A stretch of DNA of 64,000 nt. Source: Candidatus Bilamarchaeaceae archaeon. Its GTDB lineage: Archaea > Micrarchaeota > Micrarchaeia > Anstonellales > Bilamarchaeaceae. The stretch lies in the NCBI GenBank assembly GCA_038870635.1, contig JAVZJR010000002.1, forward strand, positions 335-64,334, written 5' to 3'. Under the pieces are notes generated by a model, which was not told where the DNA came from, ran no database searches, and worked only from the letters and a program-made list of their open reading frames with translations. The translations under genes and the position numbers were made by a program. This document shows positions 1 to 10,437 of the stretch, piece by piece; the first letter of the stretch is position 1; each line of letters starts with the position of its first letter.

Positions 1-1430
1 GTTTTGTTAACACAAGTAATAACCTTATTTATGGTGCTGCTAATGGCATGGGGATATTATATAATAATACTCATTACGGTTATATTGCAAGTAATATAAT
101 AAACGAATCATTTACAGGAATCTTCCTTAATTATTCTAATTCGAACCTGCTTATTGATAATATAGTATATAATAACTCAAAGAACGGTATTGAAATTTTT
201 GAATCTAATCAAAATAACCTTCTAAACAATACAGCATACCTAAACGCCGAACAGGGTTTCATAGTGTCTTCTTCTGATTACATAAATATCAGTGAAGGTG
301 AATCATATAACAATTCTTATTCTGGTTACTTCCTTATTGCAACTACTCAATCAGTTATAAGAAATGTTACTTCTTATAACAATACCCAACACGGCGTAAT
401 GCTCGATAGCTCTGGAAATAATAATATAACAAACAATATCTTAGTCGATAATTTATACTCCGGTGTTTATATCATAGGCTCCTCCGATGATAACTTTATA
501 ACATTCAATAAAATAGAGAACCCAAATGCTCAATACGGTGGTATTTATTCACTTACATCAGTTAGGATTTATATATATAACAACACCATAAATAATAGTC
601 GCATTGGTGTTAATCTTGTTAACTCTAATACGATGTTTATTGCAGATAATAACATAACAAATAATAGCATTATGGGAATTTATTTTGATCCTAACACTAT
701 GTCAGTTGAGATTTCAAATAATTATGTGTGTTTCAATGATCGTATGGATATAAATAACAGCGCTTCTTACAGTTATACAAATACTGGCCAGCTTGATCGT
801 TGTGATTATTGGTATAACTGGAGTGAGAATAATCACTATGGTTGCGAATATTCCTGTTCTGGTTTATGGCATAGATTTTTCGGCAGTGCTAACGGGACAA
901 TCTACTTAACAGATAATGACAGCGCTACAGATAGGTATTTGTTCAAATGGGCTGGTGCATCAGTAAAAAATGTTTATTTTGCTGACAGCGATGCTGTAAT
1001 TGACTGGCAACAACTACAAGCTATCGGAAGAACAACATCAAATACGCCAAGCTCAAATGATTTTGTTGAATTAGATAACGCGCTCCTAAGCAGTTCTTTC
1101 CCAGATAATATACAAACAACTTACTCTACAGATGGAAGCACTCCAAAAGAAACAGATGATTACTCTGTTTATGGAAGAGATGTTTATTATGTTCCGGTTG
1201 CAAACTCAACCTTACCAGATACAATTTTCAAAACTGGTATAATGTGGGATATGTCTGATGGCGGAACAGAATATGATGGTTCTCAATCTACTGTTTGGGT
1301 TGTTAAACCTCAGCAAAACGAAGTAGAAGATGCGTACGGAGTGTATAATTATTTGGCAATGATTCCGTATACTTTGGCTACATCAGAAGGTTCGACAGAT
1401 ACTGTAACAATATACTTGGAAATTGAATAG
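1..1430 (+). CDS. C-terminal part of a large right-handed parallel beta-helix (NosD/PbH1-like) cell-surface protein, 5'-truncated by the window
   Basis: Frame is open from nt 3 into the ORF at 48. Repeated N-N-x-G-I-x-L-x-x-S-x-x-N-x-I-x-x-N motifs, Asn/Ser-rich, followed by a distinct Cys/Trp/Asp-rich C-terminal domain. Confidence 0.8.
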   Translation, partial: FVNTSNNLIYGAANGMGILYNNTHYGYIASNIINESFTGIFLNYSNSNLLIDNIVYNNSKNGIEIFESNQNNLLNNTAYLNAEQGFIVSSSDYINISEGESYNNSYSGYFLIATTQSVIRNVTSYNNTQHGVMLDSSGNNNITNNILVDNLYSGVYIIGSSDDNFITFNKIENPNAQYGGIYSLTSVRIYIYNNTINNSRIGVNLVNSNTMFIADNNITNNSIMGIYFDPNTMSVEISNNYVCFNDRMDINNSASYSYTNTGQLDRCDYWYNWSENNHYGCEYSCSGLWHRFFGSANGTIYLTDNDSATDRYLFKWAGASVKNVYFADSDAVIDWQQLQAIGRTTSNTPSSNDFVELDNALLSSSFPDNIQTTYSTDGSTPKETDDYSVYGRDVYYVPVANSTLPDTIFKTGIMWDMSDGGTEYDGSQSTVWVVKPQQNEVEDAYGVYNYLAMIPYTLATSEGSTDTVTIYLEIE

Positions 1431-1438
1431 CTTATTTT

Positions 1439-2881
1439 TTATCCTTTTACAACACCCAATGGTTTTAGTCTTGCAACTATATCGCTTATACCAGCATCCT
1501 CTACACTTTTGACAACATCGTCTATATTTTTGTAAGCATCAGGTGCTTCTTCTGCTATAACCTTAGGTTCTGTTGCTCTAACATATATTCCATCTCTATC
1601 CCATAGTTCTTTTGCAACTCTGTTGCCTTGATGCGTTCTTATTGCCTCCCCTCTGCTCATTGTTCTTCCTGCCCCATGGCAAGTTGTTCCCCAAGCAACT
1701 TCTAAACCGCGTGGATTACCTACTAAAACATAACTTGCAGTCCCCATACTACCCGGTATTATTACAGGTTGGCCGATTGATTGATATGCCCGTGGTAATT
1801 CTGGTCTTCCTTTTGGGAATGCTCTTGTTGCCCCTTTTCTATGAACTATTAATTTTCTTTTTTTTCCATCAACAACGTGCTCCTCAAACTTTGCAATGTT
1901 GTGTGCCACATCGTAGATGAGCCTTATTTCATCACCGATACCTTTACCAAAGACTTTATCAAAACTTTCGCGTGTCCAATGCGCTATAATATGCCTATTT
2001 GTAAAAGCATAATTAACAGCGCACCGCATGGCTGCAAGATAGTTTTGTGCCTCTTCTATATCAAGCGATGCATAAGCCAATTCTGGGTCAGGAAGCCATA
2101 GATTTTTCTTTCTTGCAAGATTAAGTATAGGTGGTATGCTATCGCTACATATTTGATGGCCATAACCACGTGAGCCACAATGTATCATAACTGTAACTTT
2201 TCCTTCTTCTAAACCAAAAGCCTTCGCAACTTCTGGCAAATATATTTTTTCAACAACCTGTATTTCAAGAAAGTGATTTCCTGCGCCAAGAGTGCCAAAT
2301 TGGCTTTTTCCTCTTTTTTTAGCAGTTGGGGATACTTTTTTTGGATCCGCCCCCTCAATTCTTCCATATTCTTCGCAATGTTCTTTATCCTCTTTTGTAC
2401 CATATCCTTTTTCTAACGCCCAATCAACACCTAAAACAGCAGCTTCATCTAATTCTTCATGGCTTAATTTTATCCTTCCTTCACTTCCAACACCACTTGG
2501 AACATCTTTAAAAAGCGTGTCACATATTTGCCTTATTTTTGGTTTTACCTCTTCTCTGTGAAGCGGGGTCGTAAGAAGACGTACGCCGCAATTTATATCA
2601 TACCCCACTCCACCGGGGCTTACTATTCCATCAACAGCATCAAAAGCAGCCACACCTCCTATTGGAAAACCATATCCTTCGTGTCCATCTGGCATGAGTA
2701 ATGCGTGTTTTATGATTCCAGGCAATCCTGCGACATTTTTTAGCTGGTCTAATGTTCTATCTTTTTTGACACCATCTATTATATTGTCATTAGCAAATAT
2801 GAAAGCAGGCACTCGCATATCTTTGTCCTGTTCCATTTTCCATATTGCCTTATCTATTTTTTTAAGTTGCATAATCATCAC
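1439..2881 (-). CDS. rtcB: RNA-splicing (tRNA) ligase RtcB; likely start 2872
   Basis: Motifs MPDGHEGYGFPIGG, GVGYDINCG, LGAGNHFLE, HCGSRGYGH, HRKGAT, HGAGR, EEAPDAYK. Confidence 0.97.
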   Translation of the reverse strand: MMIMQLKKIDKAIWKMEQDKDMRVPAFIFANDNIIDGVKKDRTLDQLKNVAGLPGIIKHALLMPDGHEGYGFPIGGVAAFDAVDGIVSPGGVGYDINCGVRLLTTPLHREEVKPKIRQICDTLFKDVPSGVGSEGRIKLSHEELDEAAVLGVDWALEKGYGTKEDKEHCEEYGRIEGADPKKVSPTAKKRGKSQFGTLGAGNHFLEIQVVEKIYLPEVAKAFGLEEGKVTVMIHCGSRGYGHQICSDSIPPILNLARKKNLWLPDPELAYASLDIEEAQNYLAAMRCAVNYAFTNRHIIAHWTRESFDKVFGKGIGDEIRLIYDVAHNIAKFEEHVVDGKKRKLIVHRKGATRAFPKGRPELPRAYQSIGQPVIIPGSMGTASYVLVGNPRGLEVAWGTTCHGAGRTMSRGEAIRTHQGNRVAKELWDRDGIYVRATEPKVIAEEAPDAYKNIDDVVKSVEDAGISDIVARLKPLGVVKG

Positions 2882-4089
2882 CCGAATATGGCCTTTACCT
2901 TTTTTAGCCCTTCTTCCAAAGCTTCTATATCTTTTTGTGAATTATAAATATAGAAACTTGCTCGGTTACTACCTTCTGGTAATCCTAATCTTGTGTGGAG
3001 CGGCATGGCACAATGATGACCGCTTCTTATAGCTATTCCCTCTCTATCAAGAATAACACTAACATCATGCGGGTGGACACCTTTTATTGAGAATGCGACA
3101 AGTGCAGTTCTTTTTTTACTATCAAGAGGTCCGATTATTTTAGCACCGCATCGTTCTATGCATTCAATGGCTGCGTTAGTCAGTTCTATATCGTGTTTTC
3201 TTATTTTTTCTATCCTTATTTCATTTATGTAATCTATTGCTGCACTAAGACCCACTGCTGCATCAACTGGCGGTGTGCCTGCTTCAAATTTATAAGGAAT
3301 GTCGTTCCAAATGCTTTGTTCTATGCTTACTTTTCTTATCATTTCGCTTCCGTATAAAAATGGCTCTATTTGTTCAAGTAGTTCTTTTTTTCCGTAAAGC
3401 ACGCCAATGCCAAATGGTGCAAGCATCTTATGGCCTGAAAAAGCAAAAAAATCACAGTCTAGCTCTTTTACATCTATTTTTAAGTGCGGAATTGCTTGCG
3501 CCCCATCGACAACAACTATTGCACCTGTTTCGTGCGCTCTTTTGCATATCTTCTTCACATCATTTATCGTTCCCAATACATTGGAAGCCATTGTTACAGC
3601 AACGATTTTTGCTCTATCTATCTTATCATATTCTTCTTCATTCAGTGTTCCATCTTCTTTTATATCAATTACAATAAATTCAGAGTTTTTTCTTTTGCTT
3701 AACCATTGCCACGGCACAAAGTTGCTGTGGTGCTCCATTATGGTTGTTGTTATGTTATCTCGAGAACCAAGCATTTTTTCATAACCGCGTGCAACGATGT
3801 TTATTCCTTCTGTTGTATTTTTAGTGAATACAACTTCAGCTTCATTACAACCTATAAAAGAAGCAACTTTTTTTCTTGCACTTTCATATGCTTCGGTTGC
3901 TTCTTCTGCAAGTTTATGCAAGCTGCGTGCTACATTCGCGTTTTTGTTTTCCCAAAATTCCACTACTGCATCTATTACTTTTTTTGGTCTTTGTGTGGTC
4001 GCAGCCGAATCAAGATAGATCAATCTTTTTCCATCAATTTTTTGTTTGAATATCGAAAAGTCTTCTTCGTTTACTAAAGCTTCTATCAT
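2878..4089 (-). CDS. sufS: Cysteine desulfurase, SufS family
   Basis: YLDSAATTQRP, EHHSNFVPW, DGAQ, FSGHKM (PLP Lys), RSGHHCAMP (catalytic Cys). Confidence 0.95.
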   Translation of the reverse strand: MIEALVNEEDFSIFKQKIDGKRLIYLDSAATTQRPKKVIDAVVEFWENKNANVARSLHKLAEEATEAYESARKKVASFIGCNEAEVVFTKNTTEGINIVARGYEKMLGSRDNITTTIMEHHSNFVPWQWLSKRKNSEFIVIDIKEDGTLNEEEYDKIDRAKIVAVTMASNVLGTINDVKKICKRAHETGAIVVVDGAQAIPHLKIDVKELDCDFFAFSGHKMLAPFGIGVLYGKKELLEQIEPFLYGSEMIRKVSIEQSIWNDIPYKFEAGTPPVDAAVGLSAAIDYINEIRIEKIRKHDIELTNAAIECIERCGAKIIGPLDSKKRTALVAFSIKGVHPHDVSVILDREGIAIRSGHHCAMPLHTRLGLPEGSNRASFYIYNSQKDIEALEEGLKKVKAIFG

Positions 4090-4607
4090 CTCCCTCTCAA
4101 CCTCTCTTCAAATATTTTTTTTCTTGCATCTGCAAGATAACGATAAACAGATGAATGCATAGCACCATTAAGAATTTTTTCTACTGCTGTTTTTGCATAT
4201 TCCATCGTGTCTGGTTTTGAAATTATTGCAATTGTATTACCATAAATGCTTATTTTGCTTTCAGTGGCACTTTCTATTTCTTTCTTAGTTTTTCCTTTTT
4301 CTCCTATAACTCTTCCTTTTACTCTTTTTATACTGTTTTCGTTTTTGAAATAATCCTTTAGATGATATATGTAGAGGTCAAAATCTCTTTCTATTAGTAA
4401 TAGCGCATCTCTAATATCGAACCCTCTACCTATTGCAATTATAACGTTTTTTGAGAAGTAAATGTCTTGTGGCTCTCCTCTTAGGGCGATTTCGTTTTCT
4501 TCGTTAATTTCTATTTCTATATTACATTTTTTTTCGAGTAGTTCTTTATTTTTTTTATCTTTTATAATTTTGACTCGTTCAACTGGTATTTTTATTATTT
4601 CTTCCAT
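4086..4607 (-). CDS. KH-domain RNA-binding protein, Dim2/Pno1 family (pre-rRNA processing)
   Basis: AIGRGF and KGRVIGEKGKTK KH motifs; GAMHSSVYRYL. Confidence 0.88.
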   Translation of the reverse strand: MEEIIKIPVERVKIIKDKKNKELLEKKCNIEIEINEENEIALRGEPQDIYFSKNVIIAIGRGFDIRDALLLIERDFDLYIYHLKDYFKNENSIKRVKGRVIGEKGKTKKEIESATESKISIYGNTIAIISKPDTMEYAKTAVEKILNGAMHSSVYRYLADARKKIFEERLRGR

Positions 4608-5392
4608 TTTATCACTATCCTCCTCAATGTTTTTTTAGTTTCTTCATCAGTTTCTTTTTCAAGATGATTTTTTATTTTTTCTACTGCACTTTCAGTTAAT
4701 TTCACTTTACTAAGATTTTCCGCAGCTGCTCGTCTTATACTTACGTCCCAATTTGAAAGAAGCGATAATATCACTTCTACACTTTCTTCGTCTCCTGCTA
4801 TTCGAAGACCTTCTATTGCCCTTAATTGGTTTTCTATACTGTCTCCTTGCGCGAATATCTTTAATTCTCTTTTTACTGACATGGCGAGTTCTTTATTCTC
4901 TAAATAGGCAATATAAAAAAGCCCAACTGGGTAGAAATTAGGATTTCTTATCACTTCTTTAAAAAACTCTATTAACTTTTCTTTTTGATCTTTGTTAAGC
5001 GCCTGTTTTAAATATTTAAGTAACTCCTCACTTAACCATTCTTTTTCCTGAAACTCTATTAATGCCCCCAGTACTGCATCTTTCCAATTATTATTCAAGA
5101 ATAATGAGAAAATCATTTCCAAAAGTTTTGCCGTGCTTATCCCATACTTTTTTGAGCTTTTTCTCTCGATAATTGACTTAACAATGCTTATAAAAGTGAA
5201 TCTTTGCTCGTATGCAAGTTTTAACAATTCTTCATCAATCTCTTTCTTTTCTTTTTTCTTTTCTATTATCTCCCAAAAAACATCTCTTATGTTTCTATCT
5301 GGGCCTAACTCAAATTTGCCTAGTTTCGGCTTCTCCTCACTGCCACTTGCATATTCGCTATCGTCATCTCCACCGTGTGTCTGCTTTGGCAT
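4595..5392 (-). CDS. HEAT-repeat-containing protein
   Basis: C-terminal QLRAIEGL...ILSLLSNWDVSIRRAAAENL HEAT-like units. Confidence 0.65.
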   Translation of the reverse strand: MPKQTHGGDDDSEYASGSEEKPKLGKFELGPDRNIRDVFWEIIEKKKEKKEIDEELLKLAYEQRFTFISIVKSIIERKSSKKYGISTAKLLEMIFSLFLNNNWKDAVLGALIEFQEKEWLSEELLKYLKQALNKDQKEKLIEFFKEVIRNPNFYPVGLFYIAYLENKELAMSVKRELKIFAQGDSIENQLRAIEGLRIAGDEESVEVILSLLSNWDVSIRRAAAENLSKVKLTESAVEKIKNHLEKETDEETKKTLRRIVIKWKK

Positions 5393-5423
5393 ATGTAAAT
5401 TTTGCAGTGTATTTATTTATTTC

Positions 5424-6437
5424 TTATGTTTTTAATGGGATTAACCATACAGCGTTCTCCTTATTTTTAAATTTTATTGCGTTTTTTTCATTAACGTTCA
5501 TGAATAATCCTTTTCCGTCTTCAGTGTGTAAATCAAAAAGTTCGCTTATATCCATTCCAACTAAAAGAAGCATCTTTATATTGTTTTCAAAGTAAAGAGT
5601 ATATATTTTTTTTTCTTTTTCTAACTCTTGTTCGTAAATCTTTCTTATACTTTCTGGTAGTTTCTCTTTTTTCATTTCATATGATTTTTTTCTTTCGGCT
5701 AACCTTATTTCTAATACTTTTTTGTATTCTTCTTCTACTTTCTTAAGTTTTTCAGCAACTTTTTTTGGGTCCACTCTAGTTCCTTCTACAAGTTTTAAAT
5801 TATTTAGAATGTCTTTCACTTTTTTTTCTAATGTATCATCACAAATAATATATTGATTTTCTGTTTTTTCTTCACTTAATCTTATTCTTTTTAGTAACAT
5901 TATTATTTCATCTAATAAATTTTTTATCAAATAGTGGCTTTCCATTTCTATCTTTTGAATTTTTTGGAATTCATCTATAATTTTTTTTACTTCACCATAA
6001 TATTCCTTATTTTTTATGTCCATGAGGTGGTTGTTAAGACTAGTTATCACATATACAATCATTATTTTACAAAATGATATTGTTTTATTTAAGACTTCAT
6101 TGTAATCTTCTTGTTTGATTTTTTCACTTAGTTGTAGTATAACTTTTTGGAGTGGCTCTAATAGTTCGTATTGTTTGTTTTTTCTTAATTCGTTTTGGAT
6201 AAATATTATGCTATCTTTATTTTCATTAAAGAATTTTATAACTTCTTTGGATTGATATTTCATTAATATTTTGTTTTTTATTATAATTTCTTCTCTTTTT
6301 TTTAGATCCTCTACCAATAAAGCGTATCCTTCCATTTTTTTTAACTTACTACTAGAATTATATATTTCGCTAATCTTCTTTAGTAAATTCTCGGAATTTG
6401 CTAATTCTTTTTTTGTGTTAATATATGTACTTTTCAT
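5424..6437 (-). CDS. Hypothetical helical/coiled-coil protein
   Basis: 337-aa ORF, K/E-rich, co-oriented with downstream genes; no recognised motif. Confidence 0.6.
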   Translation of the reverse strand: MKSTYINTKKELANSENLLKKISEIYNSSSKLKKMEGYALLVEDLKKREEIIIKNKILMKYQSKEVIKFFNENKDSIIFIQNELRKNKQYELLEPLQKVILQLSEKIKQEDYNEVLNKTISFCKIMIVYVITSLNNHLMDIKNKEYYGEVKKIIDEFQKIQKIEMESHYLIKNLLDEIIMLLKRIRLSEEKTENQYIICDDTLEKKVKDILNNLKLVEGTRVDPKKVAEKLKKVEEEYKKVLEIRLAERKKSYEMKKEKLPESIRKIYEQELEKEKKIYTLYFENNIKMLLLVGMDISELFDLHTEDGKGLFMNVNEKNAIKFKNKENAVWLIPLKT

Positions 6438-6506
6438 GTTATTATATAATATAATACATTTTTTAATACTTTCTATAACAAAAAATCATCAAAAACAGTA
6501 AGAATT

Positions 6507-6589
6507 GCAGGGGTAGAGATTTGAACTCTAGAAGGGACTAACCCACCAGCCCCTCAAGCTGGCGCGTTTGACCGCTCCGCCACCCCTGC
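6507..6589 (-). tRNA. tRNA-Leu(GAG), intronless
   Basis: Minus strand GCAGGGG..CCCCTGC acceptor stem; CCAGC-TTGAGGG-GCTGG anticodon arm; long variable arm; TTCAAAT T-loop. Confidence 0.95.
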
Positions 6590-6596
6590 TTAAGGA

Positions 6597-7157
6597 TTAC
6601 TTAAGTGCTTTTTTTATTTCATTTATTTCTGTTTTTATTTCGTCGCAAGCGCGTAAAATTACTTCTGCAGGCGGCATATGGTAAAAACTTTCAACGAAAA
6701 AATTAAACGAGTCGTTTTTTATACCATAACTAACCAAGCCTGATTGGTATTTGGCGTGTTTTGTGCCTCTATTAAGTGCCGTTTTTGCCTCAAATCTTAC
6801 CCTTTGTTTTTCACCAAGTGTTATTATCGGTATGTTCTCTTTTGCAATATAGATATCCTTGTCGCTTGATTTCATGTCCTTTGCATACGCGATACCTGGA
6901 CCTTCAAAGTCTAAATAAAAAGTGACTTCTTCATTGATGACTTTTTTTGGTGTTACGATTGGCATGAGGCCTAATCGATGCGCGATGTACTCATCCCAAA
7001 ATGCGCTTGTGTTTTCGTAAAACTCAACTTTCTCTATAGCGAGAACAGGCACCTTAACCATAGAATATCTTCTCAGCATATTTGCGAAATAATTTGATAT
7101 GTCTTTTGCGATAAATTCTATTCTGTTCTCGTGTTTTTTTGAAAGTGTTAATTCCAT
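6597..7157 (-). CDS. rpoD: DNA-directed RNA polymerase subunit D (Rpo3)
   Basis: ANMLRR, ENTSAFWDEYIAHRLGLMP, KHAKY; follows rps11. Confidence 0.93.
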   Translation of the reverse strand: MELTLSKKHENRIEFIAKDISNYFANMLRRYSMVKVPVLAIEKVEFYENTSAFWDEYIAHRLGLMPIVTPKKVINEEVTFYLDFEGPGIAYAKDMKSSDKDIYIAKENIPIITLGEKQRVRFEAKTALNRGTKHAKYQSGLVSYGIKNDSFNFFVESFYHMPPAEVILRACDEIKTEINEIKKALK

Positions 7158-7628
7158 CTAGACCCTCCTTCCCCTTCTACCGCCTTTTTTCTTCATTGAA
7201 TCGGTTGGTAATGGGGTTACATCTTCTATCTTTAGTATTCGCAGACCACTTCTCGCTATTGTTCTCACTACGGCTTGTGCGCCTTGGCCCGGAGTTTTTG
7301 CACCTACCCCCCCTGGCGCTCTTATTCTTACATTAACATAACCTATTCCTTTGTCCTTTAAAGCGGTGGCAACTTTTAAAGCCGCTTGCATAGCTGCATA
7401 TGGCTTTCCTTCTTCGCGATGTGCTTTAACCATCATACCGCCACTCGCCCAGGCTATTGTTTCAGCTCCAGATATGTCGGTAGCTGTTATGATAGTATCG
7501 TTTTTTGATGAATAGACATTAAGCACTGCTGTTTTCTTCTTTTTTGCAGATGCACTGCTTGTTGTCTGTGTATGTTGTTTTTCTTCTTCTTTGTTAGAAA
7601 CATTTTCTTTTATTTTTTTCTCATCCAT
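7158..7628 (-). CDS. rps11: 30S ribosomal protein S11 (uS11)
   Basis: [35 protein letters not shown]. Confidence 0.97.
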   Translation of the reverse strand: MDEKKIKENVSNKEEEKQHTQTTSSASAKKKKTAVLNVYSSKNDTIITATDISGAETIAWASGGMMVKAHREEGKPYAAMQAALKVATALKDKGIGYVNVRIRAPGGVGAKTPGQGAQAVVRTIARSGLRILKIEDVTPLPTDSMKKKGGRRGRRV

Positions 7629-7645
7629 ACGACCACCCGCTTCTT

Positions 7646-8185
7646 TTATTCCATTTTATTTTCACCTTCGCTTGGTGCTTTTTTTTCTTCTTTAAACTCA
7701 CCAGCTGATAAATCTATTGGTTTTGTATATTTTATTGTATCTTCTTCTTTTGCTAAAACAAGATAGCTTGGTACATTTACCTTTCGACCATTAACAGAAA
7801 TAAAACCGTGGGTTATTAGCTGTCTTGCTTGTTTTGGACTTTTTGCAAGACCTTTTCTATATACGATTGTTTGCAATCTTCTTTCTAAGATATCTCTAAC
7901 TGATAGAGAAAGAATATCATCTATAGTTCCACCTTTCATTATTCCTAATCTTGAAAGTTTTGTCAGTATTTTTTTAGCATCTGCCAATCTTTCTTCTTCA
8001 CCAAGCGATAATAATCTTCTGGCTTCTCTTCTATACTTTCGTAGTTCTTCGTCCGCTTTCCATATTTCGCTTGAGTTTTTAAGTCCATATTCTTTCTTTA
8101 GTTGTGTATCTCTCTTTATTCGATCTTCGTCCCACAATCTTTTTGGTTTTGAAAACTTATTCCTTAAGCGTCTTGGGTCTCCCAT
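7646..8185 (-). CDS. rps4: 30S ribosomal protein S4 (uS4)
   Basis: [28 protein letters not shown]. Confidence 0.97.
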   Translation of the reverse strand: MGDPRRLRNKFSKPKRLWDEDRIKRDTQLKKEYGLKNSSEIWKADEELRKYRREARRLLSLGEEERLADAKKILTKLSRLGIMKGGTIDDILSLSVRDILERRLQTIVYRKGLAKSPKQARQLITHGFISVNGRKVNVPSYLVLAKEEDTIKYTKPIDLSAGEFKEEKKAPSEGENKME

Positions 8186-8193
8186 TTACTCAC

Positions 8194-8841
8194 CTACTTC
8201 TTCTTTTCTGCGGCCGGGGCAGCTGCTTTAGCCGGAGCTGATGCTTTTGCAGGTCCAGCAGCTCCACCTTTCTCTGCTGGTTTTGCGCCCCCTTGCGCAG
8301 CAATTACTGATTTCCTCATGACACCTACTGCCATTCCTTTTCTACCGGTATTTCTTGTTCTCTGTCCTCTTACTTTTTGTCCATAGAAGTGTCTATAACC
8401 TCTCCAACTATATATTTTCTTTTCTCTTTCAATGTCTTGGGTAGTAGCGAAAATTAAGTCATTCATTATTAAATGCTTATTTTCTCCTGTGGTGTAATCC
8501 TTGTTTCTGTTTTTTATACAGTCCGGTATTCCGTATTTATCTAAATTGTAGAGTATGCTATCTATTTTTTCTATTTGTTCATCAGTTAATTCTCCAACTG
8601 TCATATTTATTGGTATATTCATCTGTTGACTTATTATGTTGGCTGCAGCAGCTGCCATAGTGTGCCCTATTCCCTTTATTTTTAATAGGCCATTCTTTAA
8701 TGTAAGATTACCTTTCATATCCTTTCCAGCAATTCTCACTATCCCTCTTCTTCCACTCTCTTTTTTTTCCTCTTGTTTTTCTTCCTTTTTTTTCAGTTCT
8801 GCCTTTTTTTTCGGAGGTGTTTTTCCTACTGCCATAATCAT
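8194..8841 (-). CDS. rps13: 30S ribosomal protein S13 (uS13) with Ala/Pro/Lys-rich C-terminal tail
   Basis: IKGIG, SWRGYRHFYGQKVRGQRTRNTGRKG. Confidence 0.96.
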   Translation of the reverse strand: MIMAVGKTPPKKKAELKKKEEKQEEKKESGRRGIVRIAGKDMKGNLTLKNGLLKIKGIGHTMAAAAANIISQQMNIPINMTVGELTDEQIEKIDSILYNLDKYGIPDCIKNRNKDYTTGENKHLIMNDLIFATTQDIEREKKIYSWRGYRHFYGQKVRGQRTRNTGRKGMAVGVMRKSVIAAQGGAKPAEKGGAAGPAKASAPAKAAAPAAEKKK

Positions 8842-9099
8842 TCACCCTATTCTACCTACCTCTTCCACTTCATATTCACTAACGTGGGCGATATTCGGTA
8901 TTTTCTCTTCTATTTCGTTCATTCCCCCAGCATTATCATTTAACAGAAATGTTACTTTTATTACCTTTATCCCAAAACCTACCTCTTCTTCCCAAATTTT
9001 GCTTACCTTTGCCACTTTCTCAAGTTCTTTTTTTACTTTCTCTATGTTAGCAGGATCATCAACATAAACTTTTATTTTTGCAACAACATTGTACTCCAT
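8842..9099 (-). CDS. ef1b: Elongation factor 1-beta
   Basis: EEVGFGIKVI motif; GGTGA RBS before ATG at 9099 (ORF track start 9138 is too far upstream). Confidence 0.9.
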   Translation of the reverse strand: MEYNVVAKIKVYVDDPANIEKVKKELEKVAKVSKIWEEEVGFGIKVIKVTFLLNDNAGGMNEIEEKIPNIAHVSEYEVEEVGRIG

Positions 9100-9110
9100 A
9101 CTTTCACCTA

Positions 9111-9257
9111 CTAAGGACCAATAAAGCCACATTTGCATTCGTAGTTTACTCTATTCTTCCTGCAAAAGTTACAGCGAACTATTTTCTCACCGCACTTTGG
9201 ACAAGGAAATTCTGCAAATTCCTTTGTATTCCTACCACAACTTGTGCATCGTTTCAA
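9111..9257 (-). CDS. Small Zn-ribbon protein (DUF1610/COG2888-like), 48 aa, TTG start; absent from the ORF track
   Basis: Hand translation MKRCTSCGRNTKEFAEFPCPKCGEKIVRCNFCRKNRVNYECKCGFIGP; GGTGA RBS; conserved position upstream of ef1b in archaea. Confidence 0.88.
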   Translation of the reverse strand: MKRCTSCGRNTKEFAEFPCPKCGEKIVRCNFCRKNRVNYECKCGFIGP

Positions 9258-9396
9258 TTAATCACCAAATAAAATGCCAGATTTAGTGGAAATTTATTTA
9301 TATTAGATATATATTTAAACATTGCGCCATTGAAACTTTTTTACAATTAACGAAAGTGATTTAAACATTTGTCGTTGTATACTTTGTGGTGGTTGT

Positions 9397-10086
9397 GTGC
9401 AGCAAGTAAAGCGGGAGATTGCAGGAGAAATAACATTATCTTCTAACCCAGGAGAAACTATGCGAAAGTGGAGAGAAATATTCGAAATAAGTCAGGTTGA
9501 GCTTGCTCGCTTTATGAAAGTTTCTGTTTCAACAATAAGTGATTACGAAGGCGGAAGAAGAAAATCACCCGGCACTGCTGTTATTCATCGTTTTGTTGAA
9601 GCGCTCTTTGCGATAGATGCATCCAAGGGCGGTAAGATAACTCAGAAATTTGCGGAGCGTGAGAAATCTCCTCAAGAATTTTTTGAAACACACGAATTTG
9701 CAAGAAGCATCCCATTATCAGATTTTGCTAATCTAATAAAAGGAGAAATAATAACAAACAAGGATATTGTCGAAAGCAAGAAAATATATGGTTACACCTT
9801 AATAGATAGCATAAAGGTTATACTTGATATGCCTCTTTCTTATTTTCAGAACCTTTATGGTAACATAAACGAGCGCGTTTTTATATTTATGGGCGTTAGT
9901 ACTGGCAGGAGCCCGATGGTTGTTTTACGCGTTAGTCCATCAAAGCCATCCGCAGTTGTCCTTCACAATATTGAGCCTTCAAAGATTGATAAGTTGGCTT
10001 TAAAAATATCTGAGAAAGAAAAACTACCGATAATAGTTACTAAAATGCCAATAAGCGACATAAAAAAAGTTTTGACAAGGTTGTGA
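9397..10086 (+). CDS. Archaeal XRE-family HTH transcriptional regulator (COG1709-like)
   Basis: IAGEITLSSNPGETMRKWRE, SVSTISDYEGGRRKSPG, STGRSPMV. Confidence 0.85.
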   Translation: MQQVKREIAGEITLSSNPGETMRKWREIFEISQVELARFMKVSVSTISDYEGGRRKSPGTAVIHRFVEALFAIDASKGGKITQKFAEREKSPQEFFETHEFARSIPLSDFANLIKGEIITNKDIVESKKIYGYTLIDSIKVILDMPLSYFQNLYGNINERVFIFMGVSTGRSPMVVLRVSPSKPSAVVLHNIEPSKIDKLALKISEKEKLPIIVTKMPISDIKKVLTRL

Positions 10087-10437
10087 TTAAAGCAACTTAA
10101 GTTCTCCAAAAATTTCATCTAGTTTTTTTTCATCCCACGGACCGGCTGCAAAACAAGTTATCGTACCTGGTTCTATTTGCGTATGGCCAGCATCCCGAAC
10201 GAGTTCGCACGGGATTCCATTTTTTTTAGCAATATCAAAATATCTCAAAAGTTCCTCTTCACCCTTTACCTTAAGAACTACTTTTTTTTGCCCCTCCCTA
10301 ATCCATTCTTCTGCTACTTCTGGATTTGTTTTTTTTACTTTTTCATATGAAATAAGAGAAGCATGGGAAGATTGTGCCGCAATTTTTCCTTTGCCCATCT
10401 CTAAATCGCTTCTAACAACAATTACTTGCTTATACAT
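10087..10437 (-). CDS. pth2: Peptidyl-tRNA hydrolase Pth2
   Basis: [36 protein letters not shown]. Confidence 0.96.
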   Translation of the reverse strand: MYKQVIVVRSDLEMGKGKIAAQSSHASLISYEKVKKTNPEVAEEWIREGQKKVVLKVKGEEELLRYFDIAKKNGIPCELVRDAGHTQIEPGTITCFAAGPWDEKKLDEIFGELKLL

